Source of the DNA: Alphaproteobacteria bacterium
Lineage (GTDB): Bacteria; Pseudomonadota; Alphaproteobacteria; MPNO01
Assembly: GCA_965248835.1 (NCBI GenBank)
Contig: CBDFLJ010000001.1
Span: 1,792,001-1,856,000 of the forward strand
Length of the DNA stretch: 64,000 nucleotides
Direction of reading: 5' to 3'
Each line of letters starts with the position of its first letter. Positions within the stretch are counted from its first letter, which is position 1. The translations under genes and the position numbers were made by a program. The notes under the pieces were generated by a model that saw only the letters and a program-made list of their open reading frames with translations, was not told the DNA's origin and made no database searches. This document shows, one piece after another, positions 19,546 to 32,608 of this stretch.

Positions 19546-20235
19546 ATGTCGATGACCGCTGTCCACAGATTCCCCCTCTTCGCGCTGGTGACCGCGCTGG
19601 CTCTCGTCCTTCACGCACCCGGCGCCCGGGCGGCCTCGGAGGCCCAGGCACTGGTGGACAAGGCGCGCCTGACCGTCCAGAAGATGTTCAAGCACCCCGA
19701 CACCAGGGCGATGCGCGACTGGGTGGACAAGGCCAGGGGCGTCCTGATCATTCCCAGCCTCCTGAAGGCCGGCTTCGTCATCGGCGGCGCAGGCGGCCGG
19801 GGTGTTCTGCTGTCCCGGAATTCCGCCAACGTCTGGAGCCAGCCGGCGTTCTATGCCATCGGCTCGGGCAGTTTCGGGCTTCAAATCGGCTTCCAGGACT
19901 CCGAGGTCATGCTGGTCCTCATGACCGACAACGCCCTGCAGGCGATCATCGATTCCCAGGTCAAGCTGGGCGCCGACGTCTCGGTCGCGGTCGGCCCGGT
20001 GGGCCTCGGCATTGAAGGGGCAACGACGACCAATCTCGGCGCCGACATCCTGGCCTACGCCTTGAACCGCGGGGCCTTTCTCGGCGCTTCGGTGGAGGGC
20101 TCCATCATCGTCGAACAACACGACCTCAACGCCAGCTATTACGGCCGCGGCGCGACGGTCCGCGGCATCGTCATCGAACGCAGATTCTCCAACCCCGCGG
20201 CGCTCGGCCTGGTCCGCGCGGTAGCGGGTAACTGA
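19546..20235 (+). CDS. Ysc84/SYLF lipid-binding domain exported protein
   Basis: Signal peptide, IIPSLLKAGFVIGGAGGRG, WSQPAF, SFGLQIG, GAFLGASVEG. Confidence 0.9.
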   Translation: MSMTAVHRFPLFALVTALALVLHAPGARAASEAQALVDKARLTVQKMFKHPDTRAMRDWVDKARGVLIIPSLLKAGFVIGGAGGRGVLLSRNSANVWSQPAFYAIGSGSFGLQIGFQDSEVMLVLMTDNALQAIIDSQVKLGADVSVAVGPVGLGIEGATTTNLGADILAYALNRGAFLGASVEGSIIVEQHDLNASYYGRGATVRGIVIERRFSNPAALGLVRAVAGN

Positions 20236-20245
20236 GCCGGCCAGC

Positions 20246-20800
20246 CTACTCCCGCACGCCGGCTGCGCGCAGGACGCGAACGATGGAACGCTGGTTGTTG
20301 CGCGCGGCCCAATCCAGGGCGGTGCGGCCGGTATAGTCGTGCCGCGTGGCATCGGCTTTGCGGTCCAGCAGGAGCTGGACGACCTCGAGGCGTCCTTCCG
20401 CGGCGGCCAGCATCAGCGGTGTGATGCCCTGGCGGTTCTCGGCGTCGATCTCCGCGCCGGAATCGAGCAGGATCTCGACCACGCCGGCATGGCCGCGCTG
20501 GGCGGCATAGGTCAGCGCCGTACCGCCGAGCCTGTCCTTGCGGTCGAGCTTTGCCTTGTGCTTGATCAACAGCTCGACCATATCCTCGTGGCCGGCCACG
20601 GATGCTACGATCAGCCCGGTCCTGCCGTAGGAATCGACGCGCTCCGGACTGACGCCCTCCTGCAGGTAGCGCTCGGCCGATTTGTAGTCGTCGTGTTCGA
20701 TTGCCTGGATCAGCTTGTCGGGGCCGAATATCTGGACCTCCGCGCCGGCGGTCCCCAGGCCCGTGAACAGTGCTAGAAAAACCGCCAGGGCGCCTCGCAT
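20246..20800 (-). CDS. Exported ankyrin-repeat protein
   Basis: Signal peptide plus 4 ankyrin repeats (GRTGL, GGTAL, GITPL, GRTAL). ATG 20800. Confidence 0.88.
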   Translation of the reverse strand: MRGALAVFLALFTGLGTAGAEVQIFGPDKLIQAIEHDDYKSAERYLQEGVSPERVDSYGRTGLIVASVAGHEDMVELLIKHKAKLDRKDRLGGTALTYAAQRGHAGVVEILLDSGAEIDAENRQGITPLMLAAAEGRLEVVQLLLDRKADATRHDYTGRTALDWAARNNQRSIVRVLRAAGVRE

Positions 20801-20852
20801 GCTCACAACTCCAACCTTCGATGAATTCCGTCCGCATCGAACCGGCACGACC

Positions 20853-20867
20853 GCAGCAGTTTGCCGC
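20853..20867. promoter_or_regulatory. Candidate RegA/PrrA binding site between the ankyrin gene and senC
   Basis: GCAGC-AGTTT-GCCGC resembles the GCGNC-N5-GNCGC inverted repeat with an AT-rich centre. Confidence 0.35.
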
Positions 20868-20950
20868 AGATGGTCCTTTTCCGCGACCGAACCTGGATAT
20901 ACAAGACGCATTGACCGCCCGGATCAAGGCGTTCGAGTGACGGGGAGACC

Positions 20951-21544
20951 ATGACTGATCGCAGGCTGACGCTGATCGTTTGCATTTTCTTCGCGGTAAC
21001 CGCCCTTGCCGCGATTGTGGCGGTCTATGCGTGGCGCAGCGACGGCGCGAGCGGAATCGCCAGGATCGGCGGCCCGTTCTCGCTGGTCGACCAGGACGGC
21101 CGCGCGCGGACCGACGCGGATTTTCGCGGCGGCTACATGATGATCTATTTCGGCTACACCTTCTGCCCCGATGTCTGCCCGACGGCGCTGTCCGACATGA
21201 TCGCGGCGGTCGACGAGCTGGGGCCGCTGGCCGAGCGCATTCAGCCGGTCTTCATCACCGTCGATCCGGCGCGCGACACGCCGGAAAGGCTCAAGTCCTA
21301 CGTGCCCAGCTTTCATCCGCGCCTGGTCGGCCTGTCCGGATCGGAAGCCCAGATCACCGCCGCCGCCAAGGTATACCGGGTCTACTACGCCAAGGCCGAG
21401 GATCCCGGGGCGGGGCCGGACTATTTGATGGATCACAGCTCGATCATCTACCTGATGGACCCCGACGGCCGCTACGTGACCCATTTCAGCCACGGGACCG
21501 GACCGCAGCAGATCGCCGAGCGGCTGCGCTCTCTGGTGTCCTGA
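20951..21544 (+). CDS. senC: SCO1/SenC/PrrC copper chaperone
   Basis: [24 protein letters not shown]; N-terminal TM anchor. Confidence 0.92.
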   Translation: MTDRRLTLIVCIFFAVTALAAIVAVYAWRSDGASGIARIGGPFSLVDQDGRARTDADFRGGYMMIYFGYTFCPDVCPTALSDMIAAVDELGPLAERIQPVFITVDPARDTPERLKSYVPSFHPRLVGLSGSEAQITAAAKVYRVYYAKAEDPGAGPDYLMDHSSIIYLMDPDGRYVTHFSHGTGPQQIAERLRSLVS

Positions 21545-21560
21545 GCCTAAGGGAACCGCC

Positions 21561-21998
21561 ATGCTTGAAGAGGGATTCTGGCGCACCAAGACGCTCGAAG
21601 AGATGTCCCGGGACGAATGGGAAGCGCTGTGCGACGGCTGTGCGCGCTGCTGCCTGATCAAGCTCGAGGACGACGAGGCGGGCGAGATTCTCTACACCGA
21701 CATCGCCTGCCGCCTGCTCGACCACGGCACCTGCCGGTGCACGCGCTACGCCCAGCGGACCGCGCTGGTGCCCGATTGTGTGGATCTGACGCCGGAGCGC
21801 GTGCGTGCGCTGAAATGGCTGCCCTCGACCTGCGCCTACCGGCTGGTCGCCGAGGGAAAGGACCTCAATTGGTGGCATCCGCTGGTCTCGGGCAACCCGG
21901 ACACGGTGCGGATGGCCGGCGTCTCGGCCCACGGGCGGATCGTCCCGGAGAGCCGCGGCTGCGACCCGGAAGACCGCATCGTCGACTGGCCGGCCTGA
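21561..21998 (+). CDS. ycgN: YcgN (UPF0260) cysteine-cluster protein
   Basis: [29 protein letters not shown]. Confidence 0.9.
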   Translation: MLEEGFWRTKTLEEMSRDEWEALCDGCARCCLIKLEDDEAGEILYTDIACRLLDHGTCRCTRYAQRTALVPDCVDLTPERVRALKWLPSTCAYRLVAEGKDLNWWHPLVSGNPDTVRMAGVSAHGRIVPESRGCDPEDRIVDWPA

Positions 21999-22041
21999 TC
22001 CACCGCGGCGCGGCGCCGCAGCCGAGCACCAGGCCCGCCAT

Positions 22042-23946
22042 TCAGCGCTGCGTGTCGGGATATTCGTCCTCGTGGCCGAAAACGGCCCGAGTTTCCGGAA
22101 CCGCCGCGCGCGGCCGGCTCCGCGGTACCGCCGCCTTCATCACCGATTGCCAGATCCTGGCCGGCAGGCCGCCTCCGGTCACTTCGCGCATCGGCCGCCC
22201 GTCGTCGTTGCCGACCCACACCCCGGCCACCAGGTCGCCGGAAAAGCCGATGAACCAGGCATCGCGGAACCCCTGGCTGGTACCGGTCTTGCCGGCTTCG
22301 GACCCGTCCAGCCGGGCGGCGCGGCCGGTGCCCTTGCGCACCACCGTGCGCAGCATCGATTGCAGGACGGCCGCGCGCTCGGCCGAGATGACCCGCCGCG
22401 CGCCGGTGCCCGTGCGGCGATGGATCACCGTGCCGTTGGCGGTCTGCACCGTGCTCACCCCGAACGGCCAGACCGCGAGCCCGCCGTTCGCCACCGCCGC
22501 GTAGGCGGCCGTGAGCTCGATCAAGGTCACCTCGTTCGCGCCCAGCGCGAGCGCGGGATGGGCATTGAGCGGCGTGGTGATGCCGAGCCTGCGGGCGGCG
22601 CCGAGGACCGCGCCGCGGCCGGCCCGCTCGCTGACCTGGACGGCCACCGTGTTGACCGATTCGGCGAAGGCGCGCTCGATGCTGACCGGCCCGCGGAACC
22701 TGCCGTCATAGTTGCGCGGCGTCCAGCCGGCCACGCTGACGGGCTTGTCGACGAAGACATCGGCCGGCCTGAGCCCGGCCTCGAGCGCGGCGAGGTAGAC
22801 GAACAGTTTGAACGCCGAGCCCGGCTGGCGCAGCGCCTGGGTGGCGCGGTTGAACTGGCTGGCCGAATAGGCCCGTCCACCGACCATGGCGCGCACCGCG
22901 CCGTCGGTCGACATGATGATCATCGCGACCTGGCTGGCACCGGATTTGCCGCCCTCCGCGTCAAGCAGCGCGCGGGTCTTGTGCTCGGCCAAGCGCTGCA
23001 GGCGGGAATCCAGGGTGGTCGTGACCACCAGGTCCCGCGCGGTGGGCCCGACATAGCCGGTCGAGCGCGCGAGCGCCCAGTCGGCGAAATACCTTGCGCC
23101 GGGGCCGGTGCCCTCCATGTGCCGCAGCCGGCCGCGCCTGGCCTTGGCCGCCCGGGCGCGGGTCAGCACCCCGGCATCGACCATCGCGGCCAGCACCCGA
23201 TGGGCGCGCGCGGTCGCTGCCTCGGCATCGCGCACCGGCGAATAGCGCGACGGCGCCTTCAGCAGGCCGGCCAGTAACGCGGCCTCCAGCAGGTCGATCT
23301 TCTCGACCGGCTTGTCGAAATAGCGCCGCGCCGCGGCGCGGACGCCATAGGCGCCGGAGCCGAAATAGGCCCGGTTGGCATAGATCGCGAAGATCTGACG
23401 CTTGGTGAACCGCGCCTCCAGCCACAGGGCGACAATCGCCTCCTGAATCTTGCGTCGGATCGTCCGCTCGGGGCTCAGGAACAGGTTCTTGGCCAGTTGC
23501 TGGGTGATCGTGCTGCCGCCCTCGCGGATGCCGCCGGCGCGGATGTTGGCGACCGCCGCGCGCAAGATGCCCAGCACGTCGATGCCGGGATGCTCGAAGA
23601 AGCGGCGATCCTCCGTCGCGCTGACCGCTTGGATGAAGTAGGTTGGCAGGTCTTCGAAACGGGCCGGCCCGCCGTAGAGCTGGCCGTAGCGGGCCAGAAT
23701 GGCTCCGTCAGCCGTCCGCAGCAGCACCGCGGGATGGCGAGCCGGGGTCTCGAGCGAGGAGAGTTCGGGAAGATCCCAAGCATACCATGCTATGACGCCG
23801 CCGAGCCCGACCGCGAACCAGATCCCCAACACCAGGCTCCACCGCGCCAGACGCACGACCAACCGTCGAGGCGGCCGCCGGGGCCGGCCCGGCAGACCCG
23901 CGCGCGCGGGTCCGCTGCCCTGGCCCTTGGGGGATCGCCGTGCCAT
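22042..23946 (-). CDS. Class A penicillin-binding protein (PBP1A family)
   Basis: EDRRFFEH, GGSTITQQLAKN, RKIQE; QPGSAFK, SVN, GKTGTS. Confidence 0.93.
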   Translation of the reverse strand: MARRSPKGQGSGPARAGLPGRPRRPPRRLVVRLARWSLVLGIWFAVGLGGVIAWYAWDLPELSSLETPARHPAVLLRTADGAILARYGQLYGGPARFEDLPTYFIQAVSATEDRRFFEHPGIDVLGILRAAVANIRAGGIREGGSTITQQLAKNLFLSPERTIRRKIQEAIVALWLEARFTKRQIFAIYANRAYFGSGAYGVRAAARRYFDKPVEKIDLLEAALLAGLLKAPSRYSPVRDAEAATARAHRVLAAMVDAGVLTRARAAKARRGRLRHMEGTGPGARYFADWALARSTGYVGPTARDLVVTTTLDSRLQRLAEHKTRALLDAEGGKSGASQVAMIIMSTDGAVRAMVGGRAYSASQFNRATQALRQPGSAFKLFVYLAALEAGLRPADVFVDKPVSVAGWTPRNYDGRFRGPVSIERAFAESVNTVAVQVSERAGRGAVLGAARRLGITTPLNAHPALALGANEVTLIELTAAYAAVANGGLAVWPFGVSTVQTANGTVIHRRTGTGARRVISAERAAVLQSMLRTVVRKGTGRAARLDGSEAGKTGTSQGFRDAWFIGFSGDLVAGVWVGNDDGRPMREVTGGGLPARIWQSVMKAAVPRSRPRAAVPETRAVFGHEDEYPDTQR

Positions 23947-23947
23947 G

Positions 23948-23985
23948 ACACAAAATGTAGTGTGTTTACCCCGGTGATACAAAGC

Positions 23986-23994
<9 letters not shown>
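23948..23994. promoter_or_regulatory. Leaderless sigma70 promoter of the PBP gene overlapped by NrdR-box-like sites
   Basis: Minus strand TTGTAT-N17-TACATT-N7-ATG. Palindrome ACACAAAATGTAGTGT (23948-23963) and a weaker copy 31 bp away (23979-23994). Confidence 0.45.
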
Positions 23995-27016
<3,022 letters not shown>

Positions 27017-28234
27017 TCATGAAGACACCGCGAGCGGTGCCAGCGCGCCGTCGCGAATGCTGAAATGCTGGGCCCGGACACCCAGGCCGTCGAACGGGCC
27101 GGGCTCGGTGCCGGTCATCCAGGCCTGGCTGCCGAGCGCCAAGATCTCCTCGAACAGCGCGCCGCGCCGGTCGGCATCGAGATGGGCCCCGACCTCGTCC
27201 AGCAGCAACAACGGCGCCGCGCCGCGTTCGGCCGCGCTGAGCCGCGCATGGCCCAGGATGATGCGGATCAGCAGCGCCTTCTGCTCGCCGGTTGAGCACC
27301 CGGCCGCAGGGCAGTCCTTGGCGAGATGGACGCAGAGGAGATCGCTGCGGTGCGGGCCGAAACGCGCGCGTCCGGCCTCGATATCGGCCGGGCGCAGGCT
27401 CGCCAACCGCGCGCGCACCGCATCCTCGACCGCCAACGCAGGCGCCTCGTCGAGCAGCGCCTCGACGGCGCCTTCGACCGCCACCGAGGCCGCGGGGAAC
27501 GGTCCGGTCGCCGCGCCGCAGACCTCGTCCAGCCGCCTCGCCAGGCTGCGCCTCGCCGCAGCAACCGCGACGCCGGCCTCCGCCATGGTGCCTTCCAGAG
27601 CCTCGAGCCAGGCGCCGTCGGCACGCGTGCCGTCGTCGCGCAACAACCGCGAGCGCTCGCGCATGGCATGTTCGTAGCGGTTGAGCCGCGTCGAATGCTC
27701 GCGGTCGGAGCCATAGACCAGCCGGTCCAGGAACCGCCGCCGGTCCGCCGCCGGTCCGTCGAACAAGCGGTCCATCTCCGGCGTGATCCAGCTCAGCGAG
27801 ACCCACCGGGTGAGCTCGCTCTGCGAGGCCGCATCGGCGCCGTCGATGCGCACGATCCGCCGCGCGCCCGCGCCCGCGCGCGCAGCCGGCGCGATCCCGG
27901 TGCCGATCTCGACCGCACCGTCGGCTGTCTCCAGCCGGGCGGCGACGGCCCAGCCTCCGCCTGCTGCCGTTCCATCGGCGGTCCTGCGGCTCACCTCGCC
28001 CAGCACGGCACCGCGCAAGCCACGGCCGGGGGCCAGAAATGACAGCGCTTCCAAGAGGTTGGTCTTTCCTGCTCCGTTGGGCCCGGTCAGCACGACCGGG
28101 CGTTGGTCGACGCTCAGCCGCGCTCTGGCATAGTTCCGGAAATCGGTCGCGGTCAGCCTGCTGACGGCCAGTCCGGGCCCGGGTGCTGCCGCCCGGCCAT
28201 GCGGCATGTCGGCGTGATGGGCTGCCGGGCTCAA
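27017..28234 (-). CDS. recF: DNA replication/repair protein RecF
   Basis: FRNY, GPNGAGKTNLLEA, RRRFLD, GPHRSDL, STGEQK, LLLDE. ATGA overlap with dnaN. Confidence 0.96.
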   Translation of the reverse strand: MSPAAHHADMPHGRAAAPGPGLAVSRLTATDFRNYARARLSVDQRPVVLTGPNGAGKTNLLEALSFLAPGRGLRGAVLGEVSRRTADGTAAGGGWAVAARLETADGAVEIGTGIAPAARAGAGARRIVRIDGADAASQSELTRWVSLSWITPEMDRLFDGPAADRRRFLDRLVYGSDREHSTRLNRYEHAMRERSRLLRDDGTRADGAWLEALEGTMAEAGVAVAAARRSLARRLDEVCGAATGPFPAASVAVEGAVEALLDEAPALAVEDAVRARLASLRPADIEAGRARFGPHRSDLLCVHLAKDCPAAGCSTGEQKALLIRIILGHARLSAAERGAAPLLLLDEVGAHLDADRRGALFEEILALGSQAWMTGTEPGPFDGLGVRAQHFSIRDGALAPLAVSS

Positions 28235-29349
28235 ACGCGCATCGGCATCAGGACGTAGAGCGCACCGGGATCGGACACGTCCCGGACCAGCGCCGAGGAC
28301 GCGCTGTCGGAGAACATGAACTGCGCCCCGTCGCTTTCGATCAGGCCGGCGATGTCCAGCAGGTAGCGCGAGTTGAAGCCGATCTCGAGCGGGCCGTCGG
28401 CGTAATCCACCTCGAGCCGCTCTTCGGCGTTTCCCGAATCCGGGCTCGAGGCGGACAGCACCAGCACGCCCTGATCCAGCCGCAACTTGACCGCGCGCGA
28501 CTTCTCGGTGGCGATGGTCGAGACCAGATCGACCGCCTTGGCGAAGTTCTTGGGATCGACCCGCAGCGCCTTGTCGTTGGCAAACGGGATGACCTTGTCG
28601 TAGTCGGGAAAGGTGCCGTCGATCAGCTTCGAGACGAGCACCGTGTTGCCGACGGCAATCCGCACCTTGGTGTCCGACAGCGCCATGGTCACGTCCTGTG
28701 CGCCGTCATCGAGCAGCTTGCGCACCTCGCCGACCGTCTTGCGCGGCACGATCACGCCGGGCATGCCCACCGCGCCGTCGGGCAGCGGCATCTCGACCCG
28801 GGCAAGGCGATGGCCGTCGGTGGCGACGATCCGCAGCACCTGGCCGGTATCGGTGTCGGCGGCGTGGACATAGATCCCGTTGAGATAGTAGCGGGTTTCC
28901 TCGACCGACATCGCGAACCGGGTGCGGTCGATGATGCCGCCGAGCGCCTCGGCGCTCAGCCTGAAGCTGTAGGGCAGTTCGCCCTCGGTCATGATCGGGA
29001 AGTCTTCGCTCGGCAGCGTCGTCAGCGCCAGGCGCGAGTGCCCGCAGCGCACCACGAGTTGGCTCTGCTGGCCGCCGCTGGCGATCTCGATCTCGGACCC
29101 CTCGGGCAGCTTGCGGACGATGTCGTAGAGCGTATGGGCGGGCACGGTAGTCGCGCCGGGCTGGACGAGGTTGCAGTCCACGCGCTCGACGATGGCCAGA
29201 TCCATATCGGTGGCCGTCATCGACAACGCGCCATCCGCGGCGTTGAGCAGGACGTTGCACAGAATCGGTATGGTGGTCCGCCGCTCGACCACGCCTTGGA
29301 CGTGCTGCAGCGACCTCAGCAACGCCCCGCGTTCGATCGTGAGCTTCAT
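28231..29349 (-). CDS. dnaN: DNA polymerase III beta clamp
   Basis: MKLTIER, TIPIL, ATDMD, ETRYYLNG, ATDGHRL, GTFPDY, LMPMRV. Confidence 0.98.
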   Translation of the reverse strand: MKLTIERGALLRSLQHVQGVVERRTTIPILCNVLLNAADGALSMTATDMDLAIVERVDCNLVQPGATTVPAHTLYDIVRKLPEGSEIEIASGGQQSQLVVRCGHSRLALTTLPSEDFPIMTEGELPYSFRLSAEALGGIIDRTRFAMSVEETRYYLNGIYVHAADTDTGQVLRIVATDGHRLARVEMPLPDGAVGMPGVIVPRKTVGEVRKLLDDGAQDVTMALSDTKVRIAVGNTVLVSKLIDGTFPDYDKVIPFANDKALRVDPKNFAKAVDLVSTIATEKSRAVKLRLDQGVLVLSASSPDSGNAEERLEVDYADGPLEIGFNSRYLLDIAGLIESDGAQFMFSDSASSALVRDVSDPGALYVLMPMRV

Positions 29350-29385
29350 GGTGCTGTGGCTTCCCGTTTGGACAAGAGCATCGCC

Positions 29386-29435
29386 GAATCGGAGTGTGCA
29401 GTATAGCACAAGCGATTGCCGCAACGGTAGGAATC
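29386..29435 (-). promoter_or_regulatory. Candidate dnaN promoter: extended -10 flanked by two GANTC (CcrM) sites
   Basis: Minus strand TGCTATACT (29408-29400); GAATC at 29386 and 29431. Confidence 0.45.
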
Positions 29436-29479
29436 GTCGTTCTCGGCCGCTGCAGGTGCGGCCGGGACGGGCGTCGGGC

Positions 29480-30937
29480 TCAGCTCATCAGCATCCGCCG
29501 CAGGAGCTCGACATCCTCGTCGAAGCCGGGGTCTCCGCTGCGCAATTCCTCGATCTTGCGCACGGCATGCATTACCGTCGTGTGGTCGCGCCCGCCGAAT
29601 TTGCGTCCGATCTCGGGCAGGGATCGCGAGGTGAGTTGCTTGGCCAGATACATCGCCACCTGGCGGGGCCTTGCGACCGCGCGCGCGCGCCGCGCCGAGT
29701 GCATGTCGGCCATGCGGATGTTGAAGTGCTCGGCGACCTGCTTCTGGATCTCCTCGATCGTCACCCGCCGGTCATGGGCGCGCAGCAGGTCGTGAAGCAC
29801 ATCCTGGCAGGTCTCCAGCGAGATCTCCCGCCCGATCAGGGTCGCGTGGGCGGCGACACGGTTGAGCGCGCCCTCGAGCTCGCGCACCGAGGCGGTGATC
29901 TTGTGGGCCAGGAACTCCATCACCTTGACCGGGATCTCGACGCCGAGGTGGTTGGCCTTGGACTGCAGGACGCCGACCCTGAGGTCATAGGTCGTGGCAT
30001 GGAGGTCGACCACCAAGCCCCAGCCGAGCCGCGAACGCAGGCGCTCCTCCATCCCCTGGAGGTCCGACGGCGATTTGTCGGCGGACACCACGACCTGGCG
30101 TTTGTTGTCGACCAACTCGTTGAAGGTATGGAAGAATTCTTCCTGGATGGAGTCCTTGCCGTTGATGAACTGCACGTCGTCGATCATCAGGATATCGACC
30201 GACCGGAAGCGCTCCTTGAAGGCCATCGTGTCCTTGGCCCGGATGGCTCGGACGAAGTGGTTCATGAACTTCTCAGCCGACAGATAGACCACCAGGCGGT
30301 TGGGATGGCGGTGCCGGATATGCCAGCCGATCGCGTGCATCAGGTGGGTCTTGCCGAGCCCGACCCCGCCATAGAGGAAAAGAGGGTTGTAGGCCGAGGT
30401 CGGCGATTCGGCGACGCGCTGGGCGGCGGCGTAGGCGAGCTCGTTCGGCTTGCCGACGATGAAGTTGTCGAACACGAAACGCGGGTCCAGCGGCGCGCTG
30501 AACTCGACCGCCGGCGACGGAGCCGCTGCGGTCGCGGCGGCGGTTGCGCCCGACCCGTCGGCGCGGGCCGGACCCGGTCGCCGGGCGGCGGCGCGCTCGC
30601 CGGCCTTCTCACCCGGGTCCTTGCGGTCCTTCGTGTCCGCCGGCAGCCGACGCCGTTCGCGCCGGCTGGGCTCGGCCTGGATCTGGACGTCCAACGTCTT
30701 CAACTCCGGGCTTTCCGCGCACCACAGCGCCAGGATCCGATCGGCGTAGTGGCTGTTCACCCAGTCGCGCATGAACCGCGTCGGCGTGGCGATTCGGACC
30801 GCGCCGCCCTCGACGGCGACCAGCGTCAGGGGCTTCAGCCAGCTCCGGTAGGCGGACTCGCCGACCTCGGCGCGAAGCACTCCCCGGACCCTGGCCCACT
30901 GCGCGGAGACGCGCGGCTCGATCGTCGGCCCCGCCAT
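29480..30937 (-). CDS. dnaA: Chromosomal replication initiator DnaA
   Basis: YNPLFLYGGVGLGKTHL, IDDVQF, QEEFFHTFN, VRELEGAL, GGRDHTTVMHA. Confidence 0.98.
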   Translation of the reverse strand: MAGPTIEPRVSAQWARVRGVLRAEVGESAYRSWLKPLTLVAVEGGAVRIATPTRFMRDWVNSHYADRILALWCAESPELKTLDVQIQAEPSRRERRRLPADTKDRKDPGEKAGERAAARRPGPARADGSGATAAATAAAPSPAVEFSAPLDPRFVFDNFIVGKPNELAYAAAQRVAESPTSAYNPLFLYGGVGLGKTHLMHAIGWHIRHRHPNRLVVYLSAEKFMNHFVRAIRAKDTMAFKERFRSVDILMIDDVQFINGKDSIQEEFFHTFNELVDNKRQVVVSADKSPSDLQGMEERLRSRLGWGLVVDLHATTYDLRVGVLQSKANHLGVEIPVKVMEFLAHKITASVRELEGALNRVAAHATLIGREISLETCQDVLHDLLRAHDRRVTIEEIQKQVAEHFNIRMADMHSARRARAVARPRQVAMYLAKQLTSRSLPEIGRKFGGRDHTTVMHAVRKIEELRSGDPGFDEDVELLRRMLMS

Positions 30938-31466
30938 CGGCTAGCACCGGGTTGCCGCGGGCGGCCCGGATAGGTCTGTCGGTTCGAAGGCTCGATTGGC
31001 TGCAGGGCTTGTTCGCCGGCATTCGGTACGAGACGATTTGCGCGGTTCTAAGACCGGCCCGCCCCTGATGGGACCAATCATGCACTCATCCCGCATCGAC
31101 GCCCCCTTCTGCCCAAATCTCGACTTGGACTCAAAACGGCGAAGCCCCGAATTCTTGCATTTCCTTGACAAAATCGCCAGGCTGGCAATTTTTTAAATCT
31201 TATGAGGTGTGCGATGCAAGCATAGGGCAAATATTAGACCGTTTTTTTCCTTAGAGGAAGCGCCCTGGACGCCATCCTGTACCAATCACTGTAACGGCGA
31301 GCGATCAGGCTGGCAATGGCCTGATCACCGCGCCACCCAACTTTTTGGGGGTTTTTGCATGCTCGGCGGTGGACAAACGCGCAATGAACGCCGACGGCGA
31401 ACGCTAAACTTCGGCAAATAAACGGAGAATTGTTGCGCCGCCGCGTCGGCGGCTGCCGGAAAAAAT

Positions 31467-31730
31467 TCAGTCGATCGATTTGACCCGGGCGGCCAGGCGG
31501 GAGATTTTTCGCGCCGCGTTGTTGCGGTGAAGCAACCCCTTGGAGACGCCGCGCATCAGCTCGGGCTCGGCCGCTTTCAGAGCCGCACGCGCGGCTTCCT
31601 TGTCGCTGCCGGCGATCGCGGTTTCGACTTTTTTGACGTAGGTGCGGATGCGGCTGCGCCGGGCGTTATTGATCGCGGTGCGCGCAAGCGCGCGGCGCGC
31701 CCGTTTCTTGGCCGATTTAATGTTCGCCAT
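31467..31730 (-). CDS. rpsT: 30S ribosomal protein S20
   Basis: [10 protein letters not shown]...KG.lH.N.AARK.SRL. Confidence 0.97.
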   Translation of the reverse strand: MANIKSAKKRARRALARTAINNARRSRIRTYVKKVETAIAGSDKEAARAALKAAEPELMRGVSKGLLHRNNAARKISRLAARVKSID

Positions 31731-31766
31731 CGGTCCCGTCCGTCGCCTTTTCCGGTCGAAGCCGGG

Positions 31767-31795
31767 TGTTTAATCCCCCTGTGCGCCGGCGTCAA
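31767..31795 (-). promoter_or_regulatory. Candidate sigma70 promoter of rpsT
   Basis: Minus strand TTGACG-N17-TAAACA. Confidence 0.55.
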
Positions 31796-31820
31796 GCCGC
31801 CGGTCGAGACGGCTTGCCGC

Positions 31821-32597
31821 CTAACGGTTGGCGAAGTCGGGATCGCGCTTTTCGATGAAGGCCTTCATGCCTTCCTTCTGGTCGTGGGTGCCGAACGTCG
31901 CCTGGAACAGGCGGCGCTCCAGCCGGACGCCCTGGCTGAGCGGGACCTCATAGGCCGCGTTGACCGACTCCTTGACCATCATGGCGATCGGCCGCGACAT
32001 CGCGGCGATCTTGGCTGCGGTCCGAACGGCCTCCTCCACCAGGTCGCCCACCGGCACGACACGGCTGACCAGGCTCGCGCGCTCGGCCTCCTCGGCATCC
32101 ATCATACGGCCGGTCAGGCACATCTCCATCGCCTTGGACTTGCCGACCAGACGGGTCAGGCGCTGGGTGCCGCCGGCACCGGGCGTCACCCCGATGGCGA
32201 TCTCCGGCTGGCCGAACCGCGCGTTGTCCGCGGCCAGGATGAAGTCGCACATCATCGCCAGCTCGCAGCCCCCGCCCAGCGCAAACCCGGCGACCGCGGC
32301 CACGACCGGCTTGCGGCAGCGGGTGATGTGCTCCCAATCGGCGGTGACGAAGTCCTCCAGATAGGTGCCGGGCCAGCCCTTGTCCTGCATTTCCTTGATG
32401 TCCGCGCCGGCGGCGAACGCCCTTTCGGAGCCGGTGAGCACGATGGCACCCACCGTGTCGTCGGCCTCGTAGCCGGCCAGCGCATCGGCCAGTTCGCGCA
32501 TCAACGGGCTCGACAGCGCATTGAGCGCATCGGGACGGTTGAGCGTGATCACGCCCACACCATCGCGGGTCTCGGTCAGGATGCTCTGGTAGGTCAT
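31821..32597 (-). CDS. Enoyl-CoA hydratase
   Basis: ITLNRPDALNAL, AFAAGADIKEM, ALGGGCE, FGQPEI, PGAGGTQRL. True start ATG 32597. Confidence 0.95.
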   Translation of the reverse strand: MTYQSILTETRDGVGVITLNRPDALNALSSPLMRELADALAGYEADDTVGAIVLTGSERAFAAGADIKEMQDKGWPGTYLEDFVTADWEHITRCRKPVVAAVAGFALGGGCELAMMCDFILAADNARFGQPEIAIGVTPGAGGTQRLTRLVGKSKAMEMCLTGRMMDAEEAERASLVSRVVPVGDLVEEAVRTAAKIAAMSRPIAMMVKESVNAAYEVPLSQGVRLERRLFQATFGTHDQKEGMKAFIEKRDPDFANR

Positions 32598-32608
32598 AAC
32601 AGCCCCAT

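Noticed and set aside
20246-20800. Ankyrin protein as a host-targeted effector
   Set aside because: Short Sec-signal ankyrin proteins are common in free-living proteobacteria, and there is no secretion system nearby.
30500-30680. Ala/Pro/Arg-rich stretch in dnaA as an insertion or intein
   Set aside because: It corresponds to the variable domain II linker and has no intein motifs.
29350-31466. oriC next to dnaA
   Set aside because: No TTATCCACA/TGTGGATAA cluster in either flanking spacer; the best match is GGTGGACAA with 2 mismatches. Alphaproteobacterial origins are often elsewhere, near hemE.
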